A stretch of 60,338 bases of DNA, filler included, from 7 parts of 7 records of this genome joined end to end with filler, not necessarily neighbours in it; one strand, 5' to 3'; counted from the whole stretch's first letter, positions 20,614 to 33,120 are shown. Notes: generated by a model not told the origin, from the sequence alone. Made by a program: numbers and translations.

Positions 20614-21974
20614 TTACATGCACTGGGGAGCCTACTCGGTTGCAGAACAAGGCGAATGGTACGCACGAAAATTGTACCCAAGATACCAAAGAATACGAGC
20701 ATCACCTAAAAACTTACGGGCATCCATCGGAATTTGGCTACAAAGATTTTATCCCGATGTGGAAGGCCGAAAATTTTAATTCCGATGCCTTGGTCGCTTT
20801 ATTCAAAAAAGCAGGAGCCAAATATTTTACACCCTGCGCTGTCCATCACGATAATTTCGATTTATGGAATTCGAAATACCATGAGTGGAATGTAGTGAAA
20901 ATGGGCCCCAAAAAGGACATCATTGGAATGTTCAGGGAATCGACACTTAAGCACGGCTTACGTTTTGGCGTAACAACACATTTGTCGAGAAGTTACAGCT
21001 GGTTAAACACGGCCAATCAATCCGATACAAAAGGCCCTAAAAAAGGTGTGCCGTACGATGGAGCACAAGGCAAAGGCAAAGGTTTATATCCACCTGTTCA
21101 CGACGATATTCATCAGCGCGCACCGCTTGAAACAACTAAAGAATGGCGCGAATTATGGGCGAAACGCATAAAAGATTTAATCGATAATTATCATCCCGAC
21201 CATTTGTATTTCGATTGTGCCGTACCTTTCCGTGGCGAAGATATGGGGCGCACCGGAATGGATGTTATTAGCCATTTGTACAACCACAGTTTAGAAACAC
21301 ACAACGGAAATTTGGAAGCAGTAATGTGTGTAAAAGAACGCCCATGGCAAGGTTTATACGCTCCGGGAATTACAACTTTAGATTACGAACGCGGTAAGGC
21401 AAACGATATTCGTAAGGAGCCCTGGCAAACCGACGATTCAATTGGGCCGTGGGGCTACCGAAAAGGTGCAACTTATATGACTCCAAATGCAGCCATCGAT
21501 AAATTTATTGACATTGTAAGTAAAAATGGAAATATGCTGCTGAATGTTCCGATAAAAGCAGACGGAACTTTGGATAAAGAAACAGTTAATGTGCTGGAAG
21601 GAATGGGAAGATGGTTAAAAGTAAACGGAGAAGCAATTTATGGTTCGCGCCCGTGGTATATGTTTGGCGAAGGCCCAACAAACGGGATGAAACATTACGC
21701 ACAAAAATCGCCTTACGGAAAACGCGATATTCGTTTTACCATAAAAGACGATAATTTGTTTGTATTTGTACTTGATTGGCCGGGTAGTGGTGAAGAAATA
21801 ATTGTTGAAAACATTACGCTAACCAATACGCGTATAAAACCGGTAAAAAAGATTTCAATGTTGGGTTGTAAGGAAACAATAAAGTGGGAGCAGCACCCCG
21901 ACGGATTAAAAATTAATATGCCTCAGGAAAATTCTGGCGAATTTGCTTATGTGTTCCGGCTTGAATTTGAATAG
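20614..21974 (+). CDS. GH29 alpha-L-fucosidase, 5'-truncated, apparent frameshift near 20675
   Basis: YMHWGAYSV..EWYAR is in one frame; FGYKDFIPMW, AGAKY, HHDNFDLW, LYFD, DIVSKNGNMLLNV are in another. Confidence 0.9.
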
Positions 21975-22022
21975 AATACGTGGAGTAATACAGAAAATTA
22001 AATCAATCAGAATAGATTAAAT

Positions 22023-23576
22023 ATGAAGTTGAGTAGAAGAATAACAGTGTTATCATCAGTAGTAAAATGGAGTGTTTTTATTGTTTTTATTGCTTTGCTA
22101 CCTCAAAAAACAAGTGCTCAAAATACAGAGGTGGTACTTGCCAAACCAAGTCAAAAACAAATTGTTTTTGCCGATTGGGAAGTTGGTGCGTTTATTCATT
22201 TCGGATTAAATGTTTTTACCGGTATGGAACATGGCGACGGGCAGCATCCGGCTTCAATGTTTAATCCTACCGAATTAGATGCCGAACAGTGGGTGAAAAC
22301 CGCAAAAGCGATGGGAGCAAAATATGCTTGTTTAACCGTTCGCCACGAAGGAGGATTTTGTTTGTGGCCATCGAAAACAACTGATTATACCATTGCCAAT
22401 AGTCCGTATAAAAATGGAAAAGGAGATATTGTGCGCGAATTTGTTAACGCCTGCCGAAAACACGACATTGTTCCTGCTTTTTATCACACTGCCAGCCACG
22501 ATGCCAATGCCACATTAAAAGATTATAAAGAAAAATTGGATTTGCCTTTGGACTGGATGACAACATGGGGACAGGCTATGGGAGCTGCTCATAAAGCAGA
22601 CCCAACACTTAAAGAGCGTTATAAAAAAGTTCAGTTGGAGCAAATGCGCGAATTATTAACTAATTATGGCCCAATTGGTTTTATGTGGTCCGACCACTGG
22701 AATGCAATTGAACCCGATGGTGTTTGGCGTGTAATGACAGAACTTGTTGCCGAACTTCAACCCAACATGGTTTTTATGGGACCCGAAACATGGGTGCCCG
22801 GCAACGAAGACGGATTGGTAGTTTATCCCATGTGGAATGCGGTTAATACAATTGATGGAACCAATAATAGCCGGCCAAGTGCAAACGAAAACGATGTTAC
22901 TGTTGAGAATGATTATGGTTTGCTGGAAAAGGAAGTGCGAAAAGGGCATCCGCTCGGAAAATTTTGGCGGGTGCGCGAATGCACAACCAATTGGGGATTT
23001 CACCGGGGTGGGTGGTTTTGGCACGAAGGAAAAACCAAACCACGTACTTTAACCGAGCATATTGATTTATATTATCGTACTGTAGGATTAGGGGCCAACA
23101 CCATCATAAATTTACCACCCGATAACAGGGGATTGATTCCTGATGATATTGCGAAATCTGCCAAAGTTTTTGGGAAGGAAATTAGAAAACGATTTGCAAA
23201 ACCTGTTGCCGAAATAAATGAAATACAAAGCGGTAATGTGATTGAGATTTCGTGGAAGAAACCCAAAGAAATTAATACGGTAATGTTGATGGAAAATATA
23301 GAGAATGGACAAAAAATTGCCAAATATACTTTGGAGGCATTTGTAAATGGCGAATGGCAAACCTTAAAAGCTGTCAATCGTTTTCCTGTTGTAAAACCTC
23401 CATATAATTCAAATCCGGGCTTCGAAACTATTGGCCATAAAAAGATAGACCGTGTTGAATCTGTTGTCACCAATAAAATTCGTTTTAAATGTTTAGAATC
23501 TGTTGCTCAACCGGTAGAGTTAAAGCAAATTAAAGTGTTTAAATGCGACACTTTTGAAAACCACATCGAAATTTAA
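22023..23576 (+). CDS. GH29 alpha-L-fucosidase with C-terminal F5/8-like domain
   Basis: AFIHFGLN, FNPTELDAEQW, VRHEGGFCLWPS, GDIVREF, FMWSDHW, ETIGHKKI. Confidence 0.9.
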   Translation: MKLSRRITVLSSVVKWSVFIVFIALLPQKTSAQNTEVVLAKPSQKQIVFADWEVGAFIHFGLNVFTGMEHGDGQHPASMFNPTELDAEQWVKTAKAMGAKYACLTVRHEGGFCLWPSKTTDYTIANSPYKNGKGDIVREFVNACRKHDIVPAFYHTASHDANATLKDYKEKLDLPLDWMTTWGQAMGAAHKADPTLKERYKKVQLEQMRELLTNYGPIGFMWSDHWNAIEPDGVWRVMTELVAELQPNMVFMGPETWVPGNEDGLVVYPMWNAVNTIDGTNNSRPSANENDVTVENDYGLLEKEVRKGHPLGKFWRVRECTTNWGFHRGGWFWHEGKTKPRTLTEHIDLYYRTVGLGANTIINLPPDNRGLIPDDIAKSAKVFGKEIRKRFAKPVAEINEIQSGNVIEISWKKPKEINTVMLMENIENGQKIAKYTLEAFVNGEWQTLKAVNRFPVVKPPYNSNPGFETIGHKKIDRVESVVTNKIRFKCLESVAQPVELKQIKVFKCDTFENHIEI

Positions 23577-23747
23577 TAATCAACATAGAATAATAGTCCG
23601 AATTAGATGTGTGTCTTTACTGGTGGACAGTTGAAGTAGGAGATTTTCGAAAATGAACAATATATCCACTAAAGTAAACGAAATACAGAGCCTTTGATTA
23701 TCTTCAAAATATCATATTTGGGCATGATTACTATTATAAATTAAGAG

Positions 23748-25241
23748 ATGAAGAAAATTAATCTGATTGTATTATTTACTATTCTGGTACTTGTGCCAAA
23801 TTTTAGTTTTGCCCAAAATATAGAACTCGCCAAACCAAGTCAAAAACAAATTGATTTTGCCGATTGGGAAGTGGGCGCATTTTTACATTACGGACTAAAT
23901 GTTTATACCGGTCAGGAACACGGTGATGGGAAACCTTCTCCTGCAAATTTTAATCCTACCGAATTAAATGCTGAACAATGGGTAAAAGCAGCCAAAGCTT
24001 TGGGCGCAAAATATGCCTGTTTAACCGTTCGTCACGAGGGCGGTTTTTGTTTGTGGCCATCAAAAACAACCGATTACACCATAGCAAACAGTCCTTATAA
24101 AAATGGCAAAGGCGATATTGCCCGCGAATTTGTAAATGCCTGCCGAAAACATGGAATGAAAGTAGGGTTTTACCATACTTCCAGCCACGATGCGCACCAA
24201 GGATTGTCGTGGTACGACGGATATATTGGCTGGGCAGATAACCGTGACTCGCTGATGAGAGTTGCTTTTCAGGATAAAGAAAGGCAAGCAAAATATGTAG
24301 AGGTGCAAATGGGGCAAATGCGTGAACTTTTAACGAATTACGGCCCTATTGATTTTATGTGGTCGGACCATTGGGGAGCTCCCGGCTCTGAATATGTGTG
24401 GCACCCGATTACCGATTTGGTTGCAGAACTTCAGCCAAACATGGTTTTTATGGGCCCCGAAACATGGGTGCCCGGAAACGAAAGTGGCTTGGTTGTATAC
24501 CCGATGTGGAATGCCGTGCATACAGTTGACGGAACTAATTATACCCGACCTTCGGCAACAAAAGATGATGTTACCACAACAAACGATTATGGATTGCTCG
24601 AAGGAGAGGTAAGAACAGGTCATCCGTACGGAGAATACTGGCGAGTGAGAGAGTGTACCACCAACGGAGCTTTTCACACCGGTGGATGGTTTTGGCACGA
24701 AGGCGAAACCAAAGCGCGCACCTTAGCCGAACATGTTGACTTATACTACAGAACTGTTGGATTGGGCGCCAATACAATTATAAATTTGCCGCCCGATAAC
24801 CGTGGTCTTATTCCTGATGATATTGTTGATGCCGCCAAAGCATTTGGAAAAGAAATTAAAAAACGATTTTCGAATCCTGTTGCTGAAACAAAAGAGATCA
24901 AGATTGGCGATATTGTGGAATTATCGTGGAAAAACCCAAAAGAAATTAATACGGTTGTTTTGATGGAAAATATTGCCAATGGTCAGAAAGTGGCAAAATA
25001 TACCATCGAAGCTTTTGTTGATGGCAAATGGAAAGCATTGGAACACCGAAACAAATTAACTGGCTGGGCTCCATATAATCCAACGCCGGGTTACGAAACC
25101 ATTGGACATAAAAAGATAGACCGCGTAGAACCGGTTGTTACAAATAAAATTCGTTTTCGTTGTTTAAAATCGGTGGCACAGCCTGTCGAAATCAGAAGTT
25201 TTCAGGTATTTTATTGCGAATCTTATAAGGATTTAAAATAA
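23748..25241 (+). CDS. GH29 alpha-L-fucosidase, close paralog of 22023-23576
   Basis: Same motifs, with long identical stretches such as LTVRHEGGFCLWPSKTTDYTIANSPYKNGKGDI and DLYYRTVGLGANTIINLPPDNRGLIPDDI. Confidence 0.9.
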   Translation: MKKINLIVLFTILVLVPNFSFAQNIELAKPSQKQIDFADWEVGAFLHYGLNVYTGQEHGDGKPSPANFNPTELNAEQWVKAAKALGAKYACLTVRHEGGFCLWPSKTTDYTIANSPYKNGKGDIAREFVNACRKHGMKVGFYHTSSHDAHQGLSWYDGYIGWADNRDSLMRVAFQDKERQAKYVEVQMGQMRELLTNYGPIDFMWSDHWGAPGSEYVWHPITDLVAELQPNMVFMGPETWVPGNESGLVVYPMWNAVHTVDGTNYTRPSATKDDVTTTNDYGLLEGEVRTGHPYGEYWRVRECTTNGAFHTGGWFWHEGETKARTLAEHVDLYYRTVGLGANTIINLPPDNRGLIPDDIVDAAKAFGKEIKKRFSNPVAETKEIKIGDIVELSWKNPKEINTVVLMENIANGQKVAKYTIEAFVDGKWKALEHRNKLTGWAPYNPTPGYETIGHKKIDRVEPVVTNKIRFRCLKSVAQPVEIRSFQVFYCESYKDLK

Positions 25242-25263
25242 CTTACTCCAAACTAAAACTATT

Positions 25264-27226
25264 ATGACCAAACTACTTTTGTCTTTTGCCATTCTTCTTT
25301 TTACTTTTTCTGCTGTCGTGGCCCAGGAACAAATCGATACCATTGGCAAATACGATATTTGGAATCTACCGGAAATGCAGGTTTATCCCGGACAGTACGA
25401 AGCGAATTGGGAATCGTTAAGCGATTACGAAACTCCCGACTGGTTTCGCGAAGCCAAGCTGGGAATCTGGTCGCACTGGAATCCGCAATCGGTGCCTGAA
25501 GCCGGTGGTTGGTATGCCCGATGGATGTACATTCAAGGCGATCGTCGTTACGAACATTGTTTGGAACAATACGGACACCCAACCGAATTTGGCTATAAAG
25601 ATTTGTGTGCGTTGTGGACAGCCGACAAATGGAACCCGGATGCTTTTGTAAAAATGGCCGTTGACGCCGGCGGAAAATATTTTGTTGCACTGGCCAACCA
25701 CCACGACAATTACGATAGCTGGAATTCTAAATACCAGCCCTGGAACTCGGTAAATCTCGGCCCGAAAAAAGACATGATTGCCATTTGGAAAAAGTATGCC
25801 GAAAAGTATGAATTACCGTTTGGTGTATCTGTTCACGCATCGCCGGCACGTACCCTTGGGCAGTTTATGCCTAACTATTTTGGAGCCGATAAAGAAGGCC
25901 CGAAAAAAGGTAAAAAATACGATGCTTCAACCGTTACTTTCGAAGATGGCTTAGGTACTGCTTGGGAAGGACTCGACCCTAAAGATTTGTATGGTTTTAA
26001 CCATGAATTACGCCTCGATGCAAACCAAACAACCTTTGCAACACAGTTTATGTGGCGTGTCGACGATTTGTTAAAATACAATCCGGCCTTGCTTTATTTC
26101 GACGAAAGTGTTGGACCAAACGGATGGGTTGATTTGGGCGTAAAAATGGGATTCGGACCTCTGGCGCCACAAATAGCAGCAAACTACTACAACAAAAGTA
26201 TGGCCATGAACGGCGGTAAACAGATTGCCGTTTTAAATATGAAAGGAGTAGGAGGGAAAGCCAACAGTCTGGATACAAAAGAAGAAGCCGAACAGGTTGC
26301 TAATTCGTTGGTAAAAGACAGCGAAAAAATTATTGAAGGGCAGATTGAAGCCTATCCTTTTCAAACCGACGATGCCATTGGCCCATGGTTTTTTGATGCC
26401 CGAAAACCGAATTATAAAGATGCTAAGTGGGTAATTCACACCCTCATAAATAACGTGAGTAAAAACGGTAACCTTCTTTTGGGAATTACCCAGCGGGCAC
26501 AGGGTAATGTTGATCCTGAGGCGGTTGTGATTTGTAAAAATATTGGAGAGTGGATGCGCGAAAATGGCGAAGGTATTTATGGCAGCCGCCCTTTTGAAGT
26601 GTTTAGAAGTAAGGAAGGTAATTTTTATTTTACCCGGAATAATGGCTACGTTTATTTGTTTTGTTTGGAATGGCCCAAAAGAAAAAAGCATTTCTATTCC
26701 TGAATTGAAAAACGGTGGTGCTACTATTGGTAATATTTCAAAGATTGAATTATTAGGAGCAACTGATGAAATTGATTTTGAGCAGAATAACGAGACCTTA
26801 AAAATCGCTATCCCGAAAAAATCGCCCAACGAAATTGCTGCTACATTTAAAATTCACCAAAGTAAAACATGGGTAAACGACGACGACCCGGGAGTACATT
26901 ATTTTGGTTGGGAACACAAAGTAAATCGTAACCGCGGAGAATTTAATAACGATATTTACCAAACTACCCGAAAGGGAGCACGTTGCTCTTTCAATTTTGA
27001 AGGAACACAGGTAAAATTAGTTACAAATACTGCTATCGGATTAGGTAGCCTAATTGTTCTTGTTGATGGCGAATACGATGGTGTTGTGGAACTCGACAGG
27101 AACAACAACAGCGGGATTCAGCAAGTGGTTTATTCTTCAGAAAAACTATACGAAGGAAAACATAAAATTGAATTTGTAAACACTTCGAATGAGCTTGTAA
27201 TGATTGATGCCTTTATTGTAGAATAA
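25264..27226 (+). CDS. GH29 alpha-L-fucosidase with C-terminal beta-sandwich/CBM-like domain; one-base frameshift near 26680
   Basis: PDWFREAKLGIWSHW, HHDNYDSW, LLYFD, VSKNGNLLL. Continues in the +1 frame as EKSISIPELK...IELLG...VNDDDPG..VLVDG; removing one A from CCCAAAAGAAAAAAGC restores a single ORF. Confidence 0.85.
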
Positions 27227-27290
27227 TAGTTTTTTAGCTGAGAGGAACCAATTGGGCGAGATTGTTTTAAAAACAAACAAAAGAAATCGA

Positions 27291-28729
27291 ATGGAAAAGG
27301 CAACCAAATTTATCGCTATAATCATACTGATTGCCAGTATGGCCTTTTTAGGTTGTACCTCAAAAAGTACAAGTCAACAAATGAATTTGAGACTTTGGTA
27401 TACCCAACCTGCTAAACAGTGGAAAGAGTCGTTACCCATTGGAAATGGTAGCCTGGGGACCATGGTTCAAGGGAGTGTGTTTAAGGATACGCTTGTAATT
27501 AACGAAGAAACGATTTGGTCGGGAGGACCACACGATTATGCTAATCCCAGGGCTTTTAATCATTTAGAAAACTTACGATCTCTTATTAAAGCAGACAAAT
27601 ACGAAGAGGCGATAGCTTATGGAGATAAGCATATGCTGGGATTGCCTAAGAGCCAACAAATGTTTCAACCCTTAGGACAATTCATTTTTGAAATGGAAGA
27701 ACAAGGAGAGGTAACAAATTATAAACGCAGTTTAAACCTCAACGAAGCCCTTGCTGAGGTAAGTTTTGATATCGACGGCTCTTCGTATAAACGAGAGTAT
27801 TTTGCTTCTTTCCCGGGCAAGGCAATTTTAATTCGCCTAAGCACCAATGCTAAAGAAGGCGTAAAAATGAAGTTAAAGCATACTTCTGATTTAAGATATC
27901 AAACCAGTAATAATGGCCAACGATATTATCTCGAAGGAATAAGTGATGATGCCAAAGGTTCTGATGGCAAAGTAAAATATACTGCGGCCGTACAAATTGC
28001 TGAAGGACACGATAAATGTGCCTTAAACAAAGATGGAATTAGTATAAATGGAGCAAAAGAGGTGGTGTTGCATTACGTTGCATCAAGTAATTATATTGGC
28101 TACAATGATTTAACTGCTGATTCAAAAAGAATCTGTAACAATCGATTAGAAGAATTAGCAGGAAAAAATTTTAAACAACTAAAAAAGCAACACATAAAAG
28201 ATTACTCCGAATTATTCAATCGTGTAAGTGTTAATTTTGGAGTAAAAGAAATTCCCAAATATCCTACCGACAAATTAATTTTTTCAGCAAGAAATGGAAA
28301 TTGCGAACCCTATCTCGATGTGCTGTTTTATCAGATGGCTCGATATCTTACCATTGCCGGCTCGCGAACAGGTACCCAACCTTTGAATTTACAAGGAATT
28401 TGGAATGATAATCCTAATCCGCCATGGGACTGTAAATGGACATTGAATATCAACCTGCCAATGAATTATTGGATGACTGAAGGTGCTAATTTATCTGAAT
28501 GTCATAATCCTGTTTTTGAACTGATTAAAGACCTGCACAAAACAGGAGCGAAAGTGGCAAAGGAACACTACAATTGCAGAGGTTTTGTTGCCCATCATAA
28601 CACCGATTTATGGCGCGGTGCTGCGCCTGTTGATGGTTCAAAATGGGGATTGTGGACTTTTGGAGGCGCCTGGTTAACCCGTCATCTATGGGAACACTAC
28701 CAGTATACGCTAGATAAAGATTTTCTAAA
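27291..28729 (+). CDS. GH95 alpha-L-fucosidase, lipoprotein-like, 3'-truncated
   Basis: LWYTQPAKQWKESLPIGNG, NEETIWSGGP, NLQGIWN, TLNINLPMNYW, HHNTDLW; FLGC lipobox. Confidence 0.92.
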
Positions 28730-28829
28730 NNNNNNNNNNNNNNNNNNNNNNNNNNNNNNNNNNNNNNNNNNNNTTAATTAATTAANNNNNNNNNNNNNNN
28801 NNNNNNNNNNNNNNNNNNNNNNNNNNNNN
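28730..28829. other. Artificial contig linker
   Basis: N-TTAATTAATTAA-N spacer. Confidence 0.98.
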
Positions 28830-30860
28830 AAAAAGATCACCTTCTACCCTGTAATTATAAAGATTACCCATCAGGTTCATATCCCACCATTTCTTTGGCC
28901 CCATATTTAACATAAGTTCAGTGCCCAAAGCGTAATCAGAGCCAACATTTTCTGTTGTATGCAGTGTCACATTATCGGCATAAACACTACGCACACGCTC
29001 AACCTTGTTATGTGTGACTCTGTAATAGCCCTCTGCAGAAATAAGATTACTTCCCCAAAAGGTCTGATATCCAAGCTCATAAGAATCGATGTACTCAGGT
29101 TTAAGGCCTGGATTACCCTTGCGGACATTGTATGCATCCATCCAGGTTTCAAACGGCTCCAGATAATAGCCTCTCGGCCGCTCTATACGGCGTGTGTAAC
29201 TGCTCATAGCCTGTTGTCCACCGGTAAACTTGTAGGAAGTATGAACCGTTGGGAAATAGTCCCAGCGATCAATTTTAAATTTATCATCCACTCCGGTCAT
29301 TGCAACAGACCGGTAAGTGTATTCACCGCGTAAGCCACCCTGATATCCAAAGTTACCCATTTCCCCTGCATACATGGTGTAAAGTGAATGAATATTGCGG
29401 TTATAATCTGTTGAATGACTGGCAATATCCAGGAACTCATACTTGTTCAGTACAGGATTAAAATCATAAAGACCTGTGACATCCTCAGAATTACTGATAC
29501 GGGTTTGATAACCTGCTTCAAAACGATTTTTTTCAAAATTTGGTAAAACGTAATCTATTTTAACATGAAACCGATCTCCGGGACCATCCTCTGTCGATAT
29601 ACGTCCACTGGTTATAGCTCCATCAAAACCAAGGAGTTCATCCTTTGACTCTTCATCACTATCCCGGTGACTGTAGTTAATTTGACTGGAAAGTTCATGG
29701 CCTTTCCCTGCGAAACGATGAATATAATCCAAATTGGCTGTATAATAGGGACCTGACCGATCTGAGCTGTTACGACTAATATACTGATAAATATCCGGCA
29801 TTAAATCAGACCACTCATCATAATCCAGTTCAGATCCACGTTTCGAAGATCGATAACCATAGCGAATTCCAAGATCCAAAAGATCATTTGAGGTGACATT
29901 AAATCCAACCTGACCACGTACACCATGGGAATTTCCACTACGACTGGACTCGCCATCGGATAATATATAGGATGTCTTATCTTCAAAAGTCGTCCTGTTC
30001 TCACCTATCGAGTTGCCGGGGTGATTTCGTTTACGGTAATCACCTCCAAGGTTGGCTGTAAAGCCTCCATTACGATAACTGTATAAAAAATCGATCCCGC
30101 GTCTGCTTTCCATTCCGCCATTCATATTAACGATACCGCTACTGCCAACCAATTTGTTCTTTTTCATCACAATATTAATGATCCCTGACGTGCCGTCAGG
30201 ATCATATTTGGCAGAAGGATTGGTGACTATTTCAATATTTTCGATGGCGCTGGCGGGTATTTGTTCCAGAGCTTCATTGGCATCCAATATCGTTGGGCGG
30301 CCCTCAATCAATACTGTAAAATTGCTGCTGCCACGAAGACTGACATTACCTTCAATATCGACTGTTACTGATGGAACATTTTCCAATACATCCACAGCCG
30401 TACCTGATATAGCTGTATGCTGCTGACTCACATTAATGACTTTCTTGTCAATACGATATTCCATAGAAGCCTGTTCAGCAACAACTTCAACTGTTTCCAT
30501 CATAATGGATGACTGATCTAAATTGACCTCACCCAAATCCACTTGTGCCTGACCCCGTTTAATCACGATATCATTAATTCTTTTCATCTCGTAACCAATG
30601 AACTGTACACCGATGAAATACATGCCGGGCCTTATTTTATCCATCTGAAAGGCACCTTTTTCGTTACTGATGGTACCGGTAACCTGGACACTGTCTTTCT
30701 GACCATATAATACAATATTAGCATATTCCACGGGTTTTTTAACCTTGGAATCTATTATAGTTCCCTTTATGGCTCCTCCCGGAACCCTTCTTTGTTGAGA
30801 AAATACATTTATTGTCATAGACAACATAACAACGACAATAAATATGATTCTTGTTTTCAT
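28830..30860 (-). CDS. TonB-dependent receptor / outer-membrane beta-barrel with carboxypeptidase-regulatory-like N-domain, 3'-truncated
   Basis: Signal peptide, PVEYANI, DVLENVPSVTVD, IEIVTNPSAKYDPDGTSGIINIV plug motif, GNPGLKPE. Confidence 0.92.
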
Positions 30861-30927
30861 AACTTGTACTCCTAACTTTTACTCTTTCTGATCTGTTATT
30901 TGATCCGCTGTATTATACGAAGAAAAC

Positions 30928-30966
30928 TTGTAGCTATTTGGTAGCAATTTTGTAGAAATTCTGTTG
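30928..30966. promoter_or_regulatory. 11-bp-period direct repeats, putative OmpR-family operator upstream of the TonB receptor
   Basis: TTGTAGCTATT-TGGTAGCAATT-TTGTAGAAATT-CTGTTG; core TGTAGAAATTCTRTTG recurs at 33238. Confidence 0.6.
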
Positions 30967-31139
30967 TTAAAATTGCGCAAACAACTTTAGTTTTTGATTT
31001 TAATAGACTTGCACGATCGTGTAGGCAACTAAATATTTTTAAAAAAGATTGGGTGATATTACGATAAGCTTGGTGCTCTATTTTTCATTGAAAAGATAGC
31101 AACATCAGGCAGGGGTGAGTAAATATCCGAAAATCTTGA

Positions 31140-32435
31140 TTATTGTTCAGCGTTTTTATCCAGAGAAAAAATATGCTGGTTATCTCTAAAAATATAATTC
31201 ACCGAGAGTCCATTCAATTCACAGATTTTTTTCACCAGGGATAAACCCAGTCCCAAAGAAGTTCTTGAACCGCTTTTGCCGAAAAATCGCTCAAACAATT
31301 TTTCTGGTGGTATATCCAGGGCCTTACCATAATTGCTAACTGAAAAGCTATTCTGGGACGTCTGAATACGGATTGGACCATCAGGTGTGCCATAATGCAC
31401 GGCATTGCGTAACAGATTCTTCAGTACAATATCAAACAGGAACGGATCAATCAAAATCTGATGATCCTCTGAAAGATCTACTTCCAGACGCAAGGATTTC
31501 AATTGTGCCAGTTCACGAATCGCTTCCACATGTTTTTCAATAACAGGGCGAGTTTTCACCACAAGAGCGTCGCTGAATTCACCATTTTCAATTTTTGTGA
31601 GCAAGTTCAGAGTATTACCAAGTTTGGATAAATGATTCACTTCATCATACAATATCTTTACTGTGCCAGCCTGTTGGTGCATCACGTTTTCATCGGCAAT
31701 CAAATTTTCCGTTTTATTGCGAATGATGGTGAGTGGCGTTTGCATTTCGTGCGCCATATTTTCAGTATATTCTTTCAAATTGCGGTAATCTTTTTCTATC
31801 TGGTCAATCATTTCCAAATAAAGCTGTTGCATTCTGATAAATTCGCTGGTGTTTGTTTTGACTTCTTTAATAGGTCGTCCATCCACCTGACCTATCTTAT
31901 AATCTTTCATCAGCCCCAATATTTTGTTAAATGGCTTGAAATAGTAACCGGATAAAAGGTAATTAAAAAAGACGACACTCAAGGCAAGAAGTATAAAGGC
32001 AGGGATTAAAGCACCAAATATATCCCCTTTTAAAATATAAAAATCATGCAGCTGTTTTTTTAATGTCAATCTGTAATATTGACCATTCACCTCAAAAACA
32101 GTTTTTCTTTTTCTAAAGCGGTGCATTTCAGCCAACTCGTTGTTATAAATCAATGTATCTGAATAGACAGGATATAATCCGGAATCTGCCGGAGCATCAA
32201 TAAGAGCGAGCATGCCACTGGAAAACTTTTCCGTCAGATCTTTTCCTTCTGATAAATTATTTATAATATGCCGCTGATATCTATCAAAACCATATTCTAA
32301 TAATCGATCAATAAACTGATCCGCTTTTTTACCTAAAAACAGTCCACTACTAAAAAAGGCAATAAAGGTAAATATGAGATAGATAAAGGTCGTTTTAGTT
32401 AATAATTTTATAGATCCTGGCTTTCTCATAACCAC
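31140..32435 (-). CDS. Sensor histidine kinase
   Basis: Two TM segments, NMAHEMQTPL H-box, NLLRNA N-box, GLGLGL G2-box. Confidence 0.93.
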   Translation of the reverse strand: MVMRKPGSIKLLTKTTFIYLIFTFIAFFSSGLFLGKKADQFIDRLLEYGFDRYQRHIINNLSEGKDLTEKFSSGMLALIDAPADSGLYPVYSDTLIYNNELAEMHRFRKRKTVFEVNGQYYRLTLKKQLHDFYILKGDIFGALIPAFILLALSVVFFNYLLSGYYFKPFNKILGLMKDYKIGQVDGRPIKEVKTNTSEFIRMQQLYLEMIDQIEKDYRNLKEYTENMAHEMQTPLTIIRNKTENLIADENVMHQQAGTVKILYDEVNHLSKLGNTLNLLTKIENGEFSDALVVKTRPVIEKHVEAIRELAQLKSLRLEVDLSEDHQILIDPFLFDIVLKNLLRNAVHYGTPDGPIRIQTSQNSFSVSNYGKALDIPPEKLFERFFGKSGSRTSLGLGLSLVKKICELNGLSVNYIFRDNQHIFSLDKNAEQ

Positions 32436-32442
32436 TTAACTT

Positions 32443-33120
32443 TCAAGATTTTAAAAACTTGTATCCCATACCATACATGGCGTGAATATAATTTTTACCA
32501 CCAGCATGACTGATTTTTTTGCGCAAATTTTTTATGTGATTATAAATAAAATCAAAACTATCAGCCTCATCAATGTGATCACCCCAGAGATGTTCAGCAA
32601 TGCTTTCTTTTGTCAGAACTCTGTTCTTGTTATACATAAAATAGAGCAGTAAATCATATTCTTTTTTTGTCAGATTGAGCATCGTATCATTCACATAAGC
32701 CTCAGAAGCCAGTAAATCTACCTTTATCTCATCCGCTTTTAATACATTTGTTCCATTAAACGTGTTTCGCCGAAGTATAGATCGGATTCGGGCGTTAAGT
32801 TCTGATTTATGAAAGGGCTTGGTGATATAATCATCTGCCCCCAGATCAAGACCTTTGACTTTATCTTCAATTGCATTTTTTGCCGTCACAATGAGAATAC
32901 TGGTATCGATCTCATCCCGCTTAATAGTTTGTACGAGATCCAAACCACTACCATCCGGCAGACCAATGTCTACAATCACCAGGTCATACTGGTATACATG
33001 TATTTTTTCATTGGCATTTTCCAACGTTTCAACATGTTCGACAATGAACCCGTTATCCGTCAGGAACTGCCGCATATCATTGGCCAATAAAAGGTTGTCT
33101 TCAACCAGCAAAATTTTCAT
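32443..33120 (-). CDS. OmpR/PhoB-family response regulator
   Basis: LLVEDN, VDIGLPDGSG, GADDYITKPF, winged helix LTKKEYDLL...HIKNLRKK...GMGY. Confidence 0.95.
   Translation of the reverse strand: MKILLVEDNLLLANDMRQFLTDNGFIVEHVETLENANEKIHVYQYDLVIVDIGLPDGSGLDLVQTIKRDEIDTSILIVTAKNAIEDKVKGLDLGADDYITKPFHKSELNARIRSILRRNTFNGTNVLKADEIKVDLLASEAYVNDTMLNLTKKEYDLLLYFMYNKNRVLTKESIAEHLWGDHIDEADSFDFIYNHIKNLRKKISHAGGKNYIHAMYGMGYKFLKS

Noticed and set aside
26676-26703. Programmed -1 frameshift at A-AAA-AAG in the GH29 gene
   Set aside because: The downstream domain is in the +1 frame, so a -1 slip would not reach it; one extra A explains it.
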